From NCBI RefSeq assembly GCF_009834535.1, contig NC_045697.1, positions 43,030,001 to 43,094,000 on the forward strand: a DNA stretch of 64,000 nucleotides, read 5' to 3'. A program made the translations under genes and the position numbers. Below are positions 38,284-52,812 of the stretch, piece after piece (within the stretch, counting starts at the first letter, position 1; each line of letters starts with the position of its first letter). Origin of the DNA: Camelus ferus. Taxonomy: Eukaryota. Under the pieces are notes generated by a model. That model was not told the DNA's origin. It ran no database searches and saw only the letters and a list, made by a program, of their open reading frames with translations.

Positions 38284-39014
38284 ATCCATTGCTACTCTAG
38301 AGCCTCTTTTTGGATAGACTCTGATTCTGTTTCTGTATAGCCACCATACTACCTGTGAGCTGGTGGTTTCCTGGGAGGAGCTGGAGCAGGACCAAGTTTC
38401 GAAATCAGATCCAGTGTGATATTTCCTAAAGCCCTTAATATTTAGTTTGGCAATGTTGGGCAGCTAGGCCTGATTGTGTGTCAGCAGGAGGAAGAGGAAG
38501 AGAAAGAAAAATGCCTTTGGGGGTTGGCTATCTCTTCTGGCTGCCAGTGATAAGAGTTCACCTGAACATCTTTCCACTAAATAATCTTAAACTTCAGTAC
38601 TGTGATAAAGGATCTTTATTTAATTAATTTGTTTTCAATTGATCCCAAAATAGTGCCTTAGTGTTTTTAAGGGTCCCCTGGGTCTGGAGGACCGGGACAC
38701 ATTGATAACTATCGTCTCTCTCCCGACACCCAGTGTGTATTGAGAGGGTAGTCTTCCCTCAGAGCCAAGCCTCCTCAAACAGGAGATGCATGCCAACAGA
38801 ACCCGGGGCTTAGTCCTGTTAGGAAGGAGAAGGGACTAAGGGGACAGATGGAAAGGGTAGGTCCCACTTATTCCAGAGGACTGAAAATATTCTTCCACCT
38901 AGTGACATCCAGAAAAGAATGGAAATTAAAATATTGGGTAACTAAAGCTTAAAGAGGGCATTCTAATTTGTAATTCTTACTGAGTGATAATTTCTAAAAT
39001 TTATTTTCAAATTA

Positions 39015-39379
39015 TGCAATGGACTGACTTGTGTCCATATGTTGAAACCCTAACCCTGCAATATAACTGTATATGGAGACAGAGTCTTTTGGAGGTAATC
39101 AGGTTAAATGAGGTCAGTGGGGCCCTAATCTGATTAGACTATGGACTCATAAGAAAAGGAAGCGCGCTCTCTCGCTCGCTCGCTCTCTCTTTCTCTGCCA
39201 TGTGAGGACACAGAGAGAAGGCAGCTGTCTGCACATCAGGAAGAGAATTCTCCCCAGAACACAACCCTACTGGCACCTTGCCTTCAGATTTACAGCCTCC
39301 AGAACCACGAGGAGTAAATTTCTGTTGAAACCACCCAGTCTATGGTATTTTGTTATGGAAACCCAAACAGACTAAGGCA
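39015..39379 (+). mobile_element. MLT1A0-like solo LTR, complete
   Basis: TG…CA, 365 bp, perfect 5-bp TSD AATTA (39010-39014 / 39380-39384); gccatgtgaggacacag…ccacccagtctatggtattttgttatgg. Confidence 0.93.
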
Positions 39380-39599
39380 AATTAGTATCTAGAGAGCTAC
39401 CTTGTGATACAAGTTAATATTCGTACCAAATGCTTAAATATGCCAATCTGGATCCCAAGGGACTCTTGGGACTCTGGCAACTTAGGGTTTTACCATTTCA
39501 AACTTCATGACCTTCTATGTCCTCACATCCACAAATTAAATCAGGTTTGGAAACAGGCACTGAAGATTCGGCTCTGCCGTTTTAGTTTCTAATTGGCTT

Positions 39600-39720
39600 C
39601 ACCCACCTCTGTCACTAACCAGCTGTAGAAACTCAGGCAAGCCGCTCAACCTTTGTTTCACAGTTTCCCCATCTTATGAGGACCAAATGCCATCAGGTCT
39701 GTGAAAGCACTAAAAATTCT
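39600..39720 (+). mobile_element. MIR fragment
   Basis: ctctgtcactaaccagctgtagaaactcaggcaagccgctcaacc…cagtttccccatc. Confidence 0.65.
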
Positions 39721-42700
39721 GAAGTTGATTAAATAAAATCAAAAGCATTCAGTGTTCAAGCATTCTTTTCACTGCAATTGAAGGGCCTCTGAGTTTGAAG
39801 CCAGGGCTTATGAGTGGCTCAGAGGTGGTAACAACCAGCATTTGCATGGTTCATTCAGCCATTTGTACCTCATCCCACTGATTCTTCAAGACAGAACCTT
39901 GACAAGGACACTTCAGAAGCCTTGGGAAGAGCCGCTCCCTCATTCAGCAGAGGTGGTCGGAGCGAGCTTCTGCTTGCCTTGTCCCTGGACCGTGTGCAAG
40001 TTAGAGCTGCCCGTGAGGTCAGGCAGCAAGCCTCGCCAGGCATCTGAGGCCTGCCACCCCTCCATCATTGTCAATAAGCGAGATGGAGAGACCTGTACAT
40101 CATTTCATTTACTATTGCAATGATTACATAGCTCATTGCCTTCCCATTGTTTCAGTGATAGATTTAATTAACTTCCAATTAATCATAGAGGGTGATATTT
40201 AATGCTCAGCCCAGCACTGAGCACAGTGTCACAGACCAAAGAATATATTCTGAAGGCTTCAGTAATCAAGAGGTCATGGAAGATAGATGTTCTTCACTGA
40301 AGGAGAGGGAAGATAAATCTGTGTGTCCAGACCACTCTGGCTAACTGTTTTAGGATAATTGTTTTGCATCCAAATGATAACTTTCCATAAGGCCCAACCA
40401 TGCACAGCACAGGGGAGATGGATGGAGGGAGAGAGAGATAATAGGGTTACAATATGGAGAATTCACTTGGCTGTAATTCCCATCTGATGCCAACTAGATT
40501 GAGCTCACCAGGGAATTCTGCCTGGGTCTGCAAGAGTGCAAGTACTGTGAAGGTTCTAGCTTAGGACCTTATGCCGAAGAGATGCTTTATAGATCTTTGT
40601 CCAGTGAAGAGGGAGGAGGCCCAGAGTTCTCAGGTGGGTAGGTTTTTTGTTTTCAGTAATCACGAGGGTATATTGACATTTTGCTCATGATGTGATACCA
40701 AATATTTCTGCCTTCTGTTTCCTGAAAAGAGCTAAGATTTGCATATCTGAGCAACAGAGAGCCTAGGTCCCTGAGTCTGGCAGTGTGGTAGCCACTCTCC
40801 ATGCTGTGTCCCCCAGAGGGTGTGATCCCTGTGGTAGGAGGTCCCTGGGCTCCAGCCCAGGCATCTAAAGTGTTTTTAATGAAATAGATCAGAACCACTG
40901 AGGAAAAGATTCTAGAAGTTTCCTGAACACTCTGTGAGAAGCTCTGTTTTGACTCATAACACAAAAACATACTTGAGGAAATCAATTATACTTCCTGTGT
41001 TTACATTTACATTCAGGTGATGGTCTGGTAACAAATAATAATACAAATTGTCACCCTTTATTTATTCTTTCTTTATCCATCTAGTCATCAACTCATAATT
41101 ATGTGGTAAGTATTTTTATATTGATAAAATGATCATTTCTATGTTATTTCAAACAACTTCCAGAACGTTAAAATCTCAGTATAAAAGAAATAATTCAAAC
41201 TGAACTGTAAAGTCACTGTTGACAGGATATGAACAAGAGTGATATCAAAATTTTTGGAAAATATATACCATTAGAGTACATATTATACATAATAAAGCCC
41301 TTGGTATAATATAAAGAGTTGTCTGGGTGTGTGCATATTTCGGAGGAATAGTGTCCATAGCTTTAAAAGTGGTTTCATGACATTGAAAGGTTAAGAACCC
41401 CAGTGCTGCAACCTTTTACCCCAAAGAGGTGTAATATATCAATGCCAATGGAACGTGAAAGAAGAAACTATTAACCGATTCCATAGACTTACACAATCTC
41501 TGTTCTTAGAAAAGTAAGATGTGGCATTATGTCTGGCATCTGCAAGTTTATTTAGATAAATTATCTCTGCATTTAACTATTCAGAATTAGATTTTATATT
41601 GGGATACACATAAGCCAGACCTTAGTGATGTTTCCTTAGTCCTAGGAGAGCTGCATCTGACAAATAGCATACTTAGTGGCTGAATATGCTTGTGATTATT
41701 ATTGGAGTGTGTGTCTGTGTTGGTGTGTGTGCATACACACTGCAGGACACAAGCTCTATAGACAACTTAACAGAGAGATTGAAAGTGTGGGGTGGTCCCC
41801 CTCTTCTCCCCGGGTCCACTTTACTGCACACACCAGGAGTTAAATGCAAAATGGGAGGCATATGCCTTGTTTTATGACGGAGATACCCCTCCTCACATTG
41901 CAGTGAACAAATTGGAGATGGAACAAGAATGAACTCTTGTATCATCTACCTGCCCTTGCAGTCAAGAGGTTGACATCTGAGCAGGGCCATGAGATTACAG
42001 TCATGACCCAGTATAAAAGAATGAGAGACATTTGCCACTCTTGTTTCAATTCTCGTCATAAAAATGCATTAAGTTTGGTGTGAGTTTCTGTTCTTGTTGA
42101 AAGTGTCATCAGAGGAAAGCAGAATCAGGAGAAGCCCCCAGAGGATTCCCTGGGATGTATCACAACATGTGCTTAGTCTGCTCTCTTACTAGGGACTTGA
42201 ATGATTTCTCCCTTTGATCTTGGGAGGCCACCAGAATATACTTATTTGGGCATAAAAATGAAGGCTCCCTTTCAGGACAAACTACGTTAGCAAAGAAACT
42301 ACAGGATGCTGGCTGCGTGAATATAATGCAGCCATTTGAGTAACTCTACCTGAGGGGAACAACCACAGAAACCTATGTGTATCATGTAATCTATCCGGGC
42401 AGCAATACAGTGTATCAGTTCGGTCTTCTAGCTCCCAGGCTGTTTTCTAGGCACTTCTTTGCTCCCTTTGAAGCCAGTCTTCCTTGATGCTCAGTGTCTC
42501 TTCACACCTTTAGTGCAGACCTTGGTGCAGATCCTCTCTCTTCAGATAACACTTTTTTCAGTTTTTTCTTCCTATCAAAATCATCCAGTTCTCTATCTCA
42601 TTTCCTTTGGGCCCTGGTATCTTGCATGCATTCTGATAATTTAATCCCTATGGAGGTACATATGTGTGCTAATGGTTTGATGTCTCTTAACATATTTGCA

Positions 42701-43044
42701 TTTTGGCAATCTTTTCAGAGAAACCCTGTCTTAGCTTGAAGGAATAAATCTAACGGTAGTAAATCTCAGTCTGCCCCCGGGGCTGAGATATTTGGAAGTG
42801 GAATAGAGGGAGAATGGAGAAACTAAATCATATTGTATATGCAACTATGTAGTTTATTAATATACATATATCCAATTTTTAACTGGTGATCAAGGAGGAA
42901 TAATTCTCTCTAAAACTCTCCATCTCTATTTGTCTGTAAATAAAAATGGGAATTTTCAAGGGTACTCATTCTACAATCACTTTTCATAAACTCCTGATAA
43001 CGTGGAGTTAGGCTTTGCAATCTTTCCTTGATCTTGAGTTAATT

Positions 43045-43745
43045 CCAAACATGTTTACTAAGTGTTTACTGTGTGTCAGACCCAGTGGTTGGTGCTGGGA
43101 GACAAAGGCACCATCTCCAACTTCAGGTTAGTGTTGGAGGCAGACAAGTCAGCAGGCACTTTCAACACAAGTGATGTACCCTATGATGGAGTTACTCCAG
43201 AGAGGCACCTAACTTGTACAGAAACAGGGAAGGGTTCCTGGGAGAAACGATATCTTATCGGAAACCTGAGGAATGAGAAGTTGTGGGGAAAACATTTGTT
43301 AGATAGGATTTAGGCTAATTTCAGTAACAGACTTCAAAATACTGTGGCTTGAACAGGTTAGATACAGAGATCTCTTGTGAAAACCTAGCGTAAGAGGCTT
43401 AGAGTGATGCAGCTCTTTTCAGCAAGTGCCTTTTGCCTCCAGGTCCAAGGGAGGTGCCCTTGCTGCTGCCATCTCGCTGCCAGCAGGGATGGGTAAAGGG
43501 TCAGGAGCAAAGGAAAAGGGCAAGTTGGTGAGACTCTCAGTGGTTCTGTGTGGCTGGCACAGAGGGAGAGGATAAGAAGGTAAGAGGCAAGAGTGGAGTG
43601 GCCACCTGTGCTCTTGGATATTTCCTTGGAGAGCGATGGGAAGACTTTGAAGTGTTTCAGGCAGAGTAACAATCCAATTAGATTTTAATTTTAGAACATT
43701 TACTTTGGCTGAAGTGTAGAGAATAAATTGGAGTGGATTGTTAGA
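43045..43745 (-). mobile_element. L2 fragment interrupted by an old MLT1-like LTR piece (~43298-43615)
   Basis: L2 motifs gtttactaagtgtttactgtgtgtcag and gatgggaagactttgaagtgtttcaggcagagtaac…agattttaattttagaacatt; MLT-like gtaacagacttcaaaatactgtggcttgaaca. Confidence 0.65.
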
Positions 43746-44059
43746 AGAGAATAGTTCTTTAATTATCAATAACTTTCAGCATTTCATACAACTCAACCTC
43801 TACCCTGAAGGAGTAGGTGAATCGAGAGAGAAGAGCAACAGATTATAATTCAGTAATTTAGTAACTCAGTACCTGAAACTTCATATAAAAAGAAGGATCT
43901 CTAGATGTAAAAACTGGCCTTGGGATAAGATCAGATTGTTTCTGGAAATGTGATTTTGGAAAATGATCTGAATTTTTTATTATCTCTCTTGTTGACTCCT
44001 TTCCCCTTAAAATATATTCTGTGGGGAGAAGTTTAAATAAAAATTTTTTGTATATATAT

Positions 44060-45185
44060 ATATTTTTATTGAAGTATAGTCAGTTTGCAATGTTGTGTCA
44101 ATTTCTGATGTGCAGCATAATGCTTCAGTCATACATGAACATACCTGTATTCATTTTCATATTCTTTTCACCATAAGTTACTACAAGATATTGAATATTG
44201 TTCCCTGTGCTATACAGTATAAACTTGTTGTTTATCTATTTTATATATAGTAGTTAGTATCTGCAAATCTCAAACTTACAATTTATCCCTTCCCACCTTC
44301 TCCTCCCCAGGAACCATAAGTTTGTTTTCTATGTCTGTGAGTCTATTTCTGTTTTGTAAATAAGTTCATTTGTCTTTTTTTTTAGATTCCACATATAAGT
44401 GATTTTATATGGTATTTTTCTTTCTCTTTCTGGCTTACTTCACTTAGAATGACGTTCTCCAGGTCCATCCACATTGTTGCAAATGGCATTATTTTATTAT
44501 TTTTATGACTGAGTAGTATTCCATTGAATAAATATGCCACAGCTTCTTTATCCAGTCATCTGTGGATGGACATTTAGGTTGTTTCCATGTCTTGGCTATT
44601 GTAAATAGTGCTGCTGTGAACATTGGGGTGCATGTATTTTTGAATTAAGATTCCCTCAGGATATATGCCCAGGAGTGGGATTGTTGGATCATATGGTAAA
44701 TCTGTTTTTGGTCTTTTGAGGAATCTCCATACTGTTCTCCATAACGGTTGCACCAAACTACATTCCCACCAGCAGTGTAGGAGGGTTCCCTTTTCTTCAC
44801 ACTGTCTCCAGCATTTATCATTTGTGGACTTTTTAATGATGACCATTCTGACTGGTATGAGGTGATACCTCATTGTAGTTTTGATTTGCATTTCTCTGAT
44901 AATTAGCAATATTGAGCATTTTTTCATGTGCCTATTGGCCATTTGTATGTCTTCATTGGAGAATTGCTTGTTTAGGTCTTCTGCCCATTTTTGGATTAGG
45001 TTGTTTGTCTTTTTCTTACTAAGTTGTGTGGACTATTTACATATTCTGGAAATTAAGCCCATGTCAGTCTCATCTTTTGCAAATATTTTCTCCTATTCTG
45101 TAGGTTGTCTTTTTGTTTTGCTTATGGTTTCCTTTACTGTGCAAAAGCTTACAAGTTTAATCAGGCCCCATTTGTTTATTTTTGT
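44060..45185 (-). mobile_element. Younger artiodactyl/camelid L1, 5'-truncated (~1.1 kb)
   Basis: ORF 44574-44942(-) [28 protein letters not shown]…[18 protein letters not shown]…[14 protein letters not shown] is the L1 ORF2 Cys-rich C-terminus, followed by the 3' UTR and an AT-rich tail. Confidence 0.96.
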
Positions 45186-47199
45186 AAAACACTTTTTAAG
45201 AATTGAAACTTTCAGTGGAGAACAGAACAGGCAATGCCATGTATAACTTGCAGGAGGGAGTGGTGGTAGCTAATGCAAGTTCCCAGGCCACTTCCTCCTG
45301 CTCTGCTTTTCCTTTTTCCCAAAGATTTGTGGTAATATATTGTGTGTTTTATACATAACTCTAGAATAAAGATTTCTTTTTTCATTTTCTACAGTATTTT
45401 CCCCTTGGATAATGGATAATTCATTTTTAACTGTGATATTTACCTTTCACCATGTAGTAAATTTGATCTCTTATTTGAAATCTGCTTTTCATAGCATTAA
45501 ATGCAACAAATAGACTTGAGGACAGAGCTCAAGAGGTTACTGTAGATCAAGACAGAAATGGAAAACATGTTAGCAGCAGTAATTCCAATAATTAGAACTC
45601 GGAGAGGAAGACCCATTTCCGTAGTACCATGCATCTTGTTTTGTAATAGGAGATGGTTTCAGCCCTTGTTGGTTAAAAATGAAAGACTATACTAAAATAA
45701 GACACAAAAACCAAAGATTCCTGGGTTATTGGCAATTTTGCATATTGGGGAGTGTGGAGTGTTAGGATTTTATTTGAGGGGTGAAGAGGCTATTTTTTGG
45801 AGTGTTAGACAGAATACTAGGATTTCAGGTCTTGAAACTCAAATGTAATTCTATGGCTCGTGTTTCCCATTCAGTGTAGTCAGCAGTTATCACAGGGATG
45901 AGTGCTTAGGGGGAAGAAATGGAGACATCATAAAGCATGGTCTCTTTAATAGAGCTGTATGAGGTAGGGCGTCACCTAGTAGAGTGATGTACTTAGTTTT
46001 CTAATTATCTATGATACTGATGGATTTCACAGTGGAAAACTATCTAATGGCATGGAAAGAACATTGCGTTTGATTTAGATGAGCCAAGAGAAAACCCTTG
46101 GCTTTCTAGAAAGAATGGATTTAGAAGATACCGTGGTCCAAATGAGTGAATTTATTTCCAACAGCAGCAGAGTGCAACCCTGAGCTTGAAGTACAGCATG
46201 TTCATTCTAGAAAATGTGTTCCTTCTCTGATGAGCTGTGTCTGTCTCTGATAAGAAACAGGAATCATATACTGGGAGGATCCAGGTCATGCTCCCAGGAG
46301 CCCAGGCAATAACTCAGTCAGAAGCGCTCAGGTAAGCGCTGAGTGGAGAGAGTACTGTCAATCCCTGCTCAGTTAGATGGAATTGACATTGGCTTTCAGT
46401 ATGGCTTTGCCTGGCAAACATTTGGAGCTCTAAGAGAAGGGAAAAATATACAAGCACAAGTCTATATTCTCAGTGTCAAATTCATTTTGGCCACTTGCTT
46501 AAGAACCCCTGGAGAATCCCAACAGGAATGAGATCCTGCTTTACCATTTAGAAAGATAGACTTCTGCTCGATGTATCAGCAGTTCTGCATGGTTGCTTCT
46601 GTCACCAATTTCTTTAATAAAAACTTGATTTACCAAGTGTTGCACTTCCTTTCTCTTGCCTAAAAAAAAAAGAAAAATGGAAAAATTCAATCGGGTTTCA
46701 ATTGCTCCTTTTTGACCGAATTTGTCCAAGAAAATACTTTTACCCTTCAGTGAGCAAGAGGAAGACAGCATTTGGGGATGAGAAATGGCAAAAGGAGGTA
46801 CACAGGTGGAAATTATATGTGGCCATTAGTTGGGCTCATGCCAGTCATTACCTACACGGCTCCTCAAGTAAACTGGTTTGTCCAGTTGTGGTCCCGACAC
46901 ATAGAAAATGCATTCTTAGGAAAGCATTTATCCCATGGGCTTTTCTACAGTCTCAATATCATGTTACCTGGAGACTTCAACTACCTCACCAGTGGGAAGT
47001 GTAAGCAAGTCTTCCCTGGCCCCTTCTCTTTCAATACTTCTCTGTGCATGCAACTAAGTATTACTTTGACACTCAGATTTGTCCGATTAAACTGAAACTC
47101 TTGTTTACTTTTTGTGATTCTTCTTACCTTCCCATTTCTAACAAAGGTATCCTTGCCTTCCCAGATATTCAGCCAAATTTTCCTCAATTGTTGAAAATG

Positions 47200-47365
47200 A
47201 GAGGCACTGGTTGGGGAGCCAGGATCCTAAGTGCCTTTGACCGAACTGACCTGACTCTGCTACCAACTAGTGGTGTGATCCTAGGCAAGTCACTTATTTT
47301 TTCCTGGTCTTTAAAACAAAGAAGTTGTATAGGATGGTCTTTAAGGTACCACGTGGCTCTGTAGC
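47200..47365 (+). mobile_element. MIR fragment
   Basis: ctgactctgctaccaactagtggtgtgatcctaggcaagtcactta. Confidence 0.7.
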
Positions 47366-48094
47366 TTGATTGAACTGGGGCACATGGCCTCTCTCCAGAT
47401 CTAGCTTTTAATTTCTACACCTGCTGTCAGCAGCATCCTTTCTATTCCCCAATTGCTTCTGGTCCCTACAAAGATTCCACCAAACTAATTTTGTCCTATT
47501 CATTAATTAACAATATAAATATATACGTTTAAATTAACAACTCCTCCAAAAACAGTGAACCATTAATAATAAAATTTTATAATCATCATAAAACTGTCTA
47601 AGGCATGGAAGATGGTGTAATAATTCACACCTAATTGCTTTCAACCTTGGGCCCACAAACACACTAGTTGGAGAAATGAATTCAGATACTGTAATTCATG
47701 CCAGGCCATGTTTTATTATTTAAGTCATCCGTGATACTTAAAAAAAAAAAAACCCTTTGGTGCTCAAATAATCCAGAAACGCACAATGCCACAAACTGAG
47801 TCTTAATTGTATACACAATTACATGGGAATACATTGGAATTTAAAGAAATTTCACATTTAACTATATTGTCAGCCCTTCATATGGAAGAGCCCTCTGAAT
47901 CTTGGTGTTTTCTGTAGCATAGGGGTTATTTTACATAATAATAGAAATAATTGATGGAGTATAAACAATAACCTTAACTGCAAGATTTGAGTATTCAGAA
48001 AATTCTGTGCTAAAGTAAAAAAAAAAAATGGTAAAGAGGTGAGCAGCCCACAAAGTGAGCAAAAATAGCGATTGGCAAACCAAGCTGTAGAATT

Positions 48095-48332
48095 AAATCA
48101 TAGTACTTAAGAGCACAAACTCTGGAGCCAGACTGCTGGGGTTGAAATCCCAGTTTCACCGCTGACTAGTTGTGCTTGACCTTCGATAAGTTACTTTACC
48201 TCTGCAGCCTTCAATTTTCTTGTCTGAATGAAGGGGAAGATGGTAGTACCAGGTTAAGGATTATATAAATTGATACAAGGGGATGCCTGGTACTTACATG
48301 AAGTCAAGCATGTATGTTATTAGCAGTATTAT
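48095..48332 (+). mobile_element. MIR SINE
   Basis: taagagcacaaactctggagccagactgctggggttgaaatcccagtttcaccgctgactagttgtg…aagttacttt. Confidence 0.88.
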
Positions 48333-51300
48333 TAGGGACCATGGCATCCTTCCTTGAAGGCTTAACAGGGTGTGTGTGCTTTGTATGTACATAGCTTGGG
48401 TCTTAATTGTTTACACAATGCTGCTTGAGTTAGGTGGGTCTACCCTGAGGCCTGTTTGCAAATGTAACATGGTCAGCTAATCCAGGGCAATTTTAGAGAC
48501 ATTGAGGATGTTCCAATGAGTGAGGGAAATAACAAATTAAAGGAAAAGAAGCAAGACTGGGGAGATATTTGTGTATTTTTAAAGTAAGCTAGCAGCTTTC
48601 AGATGGATTTTAAAAACTCAGTAATTTGGACATTTCTTCTAGGGTTGTTAATGAGACACTCAGTATTTCTGTTTGTGAACCCTCTATTAGAGATATACAG
48701 TGATTTTTTTTTCTTTTTTAAAGAATACCTCATGCGAGGAAAGAGATGCATTTCTGTTGCTTTTTCTTGAGCACACATGTGCGGTCTGCTGAGTGGGGGT
48801 CTAAGTCAGCTTTGCCGCACCCGCTGTGTGTGCTTTCCTTCTGGTCCTCTGATGTGGGAGTTCTGCTTCACTGCATCCAGAGCTGTCAGCTGAACCCAAA
48901 CCTGTAACAACTGAAAGCTTGTCAAAACCAAAAAGGTACATCTGTTTTTCTACGATTAGGTGACCAACTCCCACAGCAGATCATGAACAGTCAGAGAGCA
49001 TCTGCCTGGACTTTGTGTCACTAACTCGACCTCTCTCTCTCTGACTCTTGGCTCTTAAATTAAATTAAATTGTTTGCTTTGACCAACAGCACCCATTTTC
49101 AAACAAAAGATGCTGCTTGCTTTCAACTTGAAGTATAAACCAGAAACCGGGATGAACTTGCACAAGGAAAACAACTCAGTAATACCATCTAAGGGGACGA
49201 TCAGAGTTCTATGTCCAAGCCTCCTGCAGGAGGGCTATTTAATTGCTCTGTGATTTCCTCGTCTGTAAAATAAAAAGACTGGCTTAGGTCACCTGCAGTA
49301 TTACTTCCATTCGGACAGTCTATGTGTTCTATTAGGTTCAGGAATCTCAAAGCGGATTTGTTGACAAGAGTGTCATGGGGTTATTATCTTTGTTGATTTG
49401 GTTGGAAATGTCTGACACCTCTTTTTTATGTACAATTATTTCCTATCTTAATTTTTTGGAGCAAGTATAATGTTCTAGATACTCTAATAAACAGTGGGAA
49501 TATAACAGTTATTTTAAAATACACATATCCCTGCTCTCAAAATAAACTGACCATCCATTTTCCCAATGAAAAGATCCGTAAAATGATTTAGGGGGCAAAC
49601 CTTTAGGTTTGTAGAGAAAAGAGTTGTCTATTTATAACATTTGTTTATCATAACATGTAGAGTCACATCACATAAATAATATTAATATAGAAATAGTATT
49701 TTGTGCCCTGTCACATTGTTAAAAACAGTGCTGTCCAGACTCTTTCAGAAGCATCTTTGCCATCATCAGATACATTCTCAGAATCATTACCACAGTTTGC
49801 CAGACAGTATAATCTTCTCGCTCATCTAAATTGTTTTAATTTACATACTTTTTGGAATGTATGTCTACTATATGCTCTCCTTGGAAATTCTATTCTAAAC
49901 CACAGTTTGATAAAAGTCATTTACTCTGTGTGTGTGTTTTAAGTAGGTTTTAAAAGGCTTTTTTTTTTCCAGCATCTAACATGTATTTGGGAGAATATTC
50001 CTCAAGAACAGTGACAGATTGTGTTAAATTTTTTGACTTGTTTAAAGTTTTTTATTAATTCAGTAAGATATCCTCTATGAATATCCAGAACTAGTATTGG
50101 TTGAGATAATTATAGTATAAAATGAACTCTTTATTAAGAACAATCAGTTATTCAAAATAAAATAATTTAAGGGGTCCTTTACATATATGGGAGATCTTTG
50201 AAAAAGATTTCTAAATAAGGTGATTCTTCCCCTTTGAGAATTTTAGAACAATTCTTCACCTGTGTATGTGGGTGTATGTGGAGCTTTGAGAAAGCATACA
50301 CTCCTGGTTGCGTTTATGCAGGTGGGAGCATGGGATGGGTGATAACAAAGAAATGATCTCCATATTCTTTATAAATCCTGACCAATACAACCATTGGTCA
50401 CTGGGCATATTTACCTCGCAGTAACATCAGACATTGAGATAACGTATCATGCAACTTTTCCAAATGCTGCATTCTCACACATAATTTGAAGAAAATGATG
50501 ACTATATGAAATTTATGATATATCAGTGTTGCTAAAAGCAACATTTCAAGAAAAAAAAAATGCAACAAGGTGCGCATCAGAAATCAGGGGTTTAAGGAAA
50601 ACTGCCAAGTGAGTAAAGTTGTAGAGACACATGACAAGAAATGCCAGGGAAGAAATTGGAACAATGAGGTGAGTTTTTAATAATCATTGTGAAGACTAGT
50701 CACACTAATTTTTCAACTTTTTTTTTCCTCGACCTGTTTTACGAGGTTCATTTCTGCCAGAATGAGGGTGATTTTCCCCAGGCAAAAGGCTGCTAGTTGG
50801 TTGTAAATGGATCAGTGCCCATCAGTTTCACAGGAAGCAGCACCCCAATCAGATTGGTTATCAGGGGATTAGATCTCTATCTTGCTGGATCTTTGTGACT
50901 CCTTCAGCTTTGGAACGGAACTGAGCATTCCGAGCCAAGTTGTTTGGTTTCCTCTGGAAGCACTGCAATGCCTTATTGATCCAGGTGGAGTGCAAAGTTT
51001 TCAGAGGAGACAGGCTCCCTGAATATCTAAACCACTATTAAAAAGATAGCTGATTTCAATGAAAACCTTCTGAAACACACACACACTTCCTTATTAAACA
51101 GAGTTCCTCCAGAGTAAATGCCTCTTTTTGTTGGGTTTCAGTCACCATTTTATGGACATCAGTGACTGTAACATTCACTGGAATACAGAGATGTTGTGAA
51201 CCACAGTAGTGGCCCACCACCATGACTGGCTCTTTTGGGTGGTCTCATTTCATGCCATGCCACCAGCTGTCCCTTCTCACTGTAAGGACTTCTGGTAAAA

Positions 51301-51409
51301 TCCTTCAACCCTCTTGTTATCTGTTATTTGCTGGTGATTATGATGGTGCCTTCATGTGCCAGGGGAAGTTCAATAATCCAGCGGGGCAACATTTTTTATC
51401 CTTACTCTG

Positions 51410-51600
51410 TTACTTATTAGTTGAGTGATGCTAAGCTGGTTTCTTTACTTCTCTAAGCCTTGGATGCCTCATCTAAAAACAACATAATAATGCCTAATCT
51501 TCAGGATTATAGTGAGATGTATAAATGTATATTAAATGAGATAAAAACAAGTTCTGAGGTCAGTGCCTGGCCTATGGTATGGGTTCTATAAATGGTAATT
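51410..51600 (+). mobile_element. MIR fragment
   Basis: ttctctaagccttggatgcctcatctaaaaac…ataatgcc…taaatgagata…cagtgcctggcctatgg. Confidence 0.65.
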
Positions 51601-51699
51601 TCCACCAAAATGTCCCAAGCCTTTCCTTTATCAACAACAGTAAGTGAATAGTCCCCACTCTCTTCCTGCTAGGCAAAACACACTGGGTCCATTACTTTA

Positions 51700-52220
51700 T
51701 AGGGCTTTACTAGCAAGCTCTACGTGAGGCTTTGGGGAAAAGGAACATGCTGGCCTGGTCCATGTTCTCATGGTGCTTAGTGAGTCTAGTGTAGAAAGAC
51801 AGACAGGAAACAAATAATTATCCAACAAATTATTTAATTCCAATTGTCTTGAATGCTATGAAGGAGAACAGAGTGCTGTATATAAAAAGAGAGCCTGTCT
51901 TGATACGGAAAGCCAGGAGAAACTTCTGTGGGGTACTGCATCCAAGATAGGGGACAGAAAGACAACTAGGAGTGAGCTGGAAAGACAGATGAGTGTCCTA
52001 GGCTGAAGGAGAGGCATTTGTAAAGGCTTTGCAACCTGGAACTTTAGAGAGTTGGGGAGCAGAGATAAGATGAGGGTTTGGAGCTGAGCTGAGGCTGATG
52101 TGGTACATGGGTCAGTCCTTGGGGACTATGGCTAAATTTTAGACTCCACTCTGAGAGAGATGGGGGCCAAAAAAGGGAATTAAGCAAGGCTGATAATCCA
52201 GGAGTTTGCAACTTTTGGCA
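51700..52220 (-). mobile_element. L2 fragment
   Basis: gttctcatggtgcttag…tctagtgtagaaagacagac…gaatgctatgaaggaga…ggcatttgtaaaggc…ttttagactccactctgagagagatggggg. Confidence 0.75.
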
Positions 52221-52589
52221 AAATCTTGAAATATCTTGGTAAATAGCTATACCCTGAGCCTCCTACCACCTATAACCCCTTTTCAAATGCACTCCCCCTA
52301 TTATCCTTCTCCACCCTTTAGGGTTGAGAAAGCCTCCAGGACCTTCCCAGCATTGGTTCCTATTGGTTGGTGGCCAATATCACATAAGTTGCTAAATATA
52401 TTAAATATTATTTCTGGTTAGAAGCAAGATTCCCTCCTCCTCGAAATTTTCTCCATTACTTATGAGTTTATAGTTGTGTTCAAAGTTATTAACGAAAACT
52501 GAAAATATTACAATTTAATGTAGTTAAAATATTTAAATGGTCTTAGGGCCATTTATCCATCTTCCCTTTCTTAACTTCCATTGTGAATT

Positions 52590-52812
52590 GAATTTAACAC
52601 CAAAGGTCTGTGGATTCTATGTCTGAAATGTCTCTTACACTTATCCATTCCCTTCCATTACCACTGATCTCATTTGGTCTCTGTCATCCCTCCCTGGGTT
52701 GCTGTAATAATCCAGCAGCCCTCTCCCTGGCCAAACCACTCTCCAGTGTCTAGACAGTGTCTAATGCATCGTTGGTGCTCAATAAATGTGTTTTGAGTGG
52801 ATGAATAAACAA
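52590..52812 (+). mobile_element. L2 fragment
   Basis: caccaaaggtctgtggattctatgtctgaaatgtctc…cagtgtctagacagtgtcta…ggtgctcaataaatgtg…gagtggatgaata. Confidence 0.75.

Noticed and set aside
44574..44942. 122-aa ORF as a host CDS
   Set aside because: It is a fragment of the L1 ORF2 C-terminus in a truncated retrotransposon.
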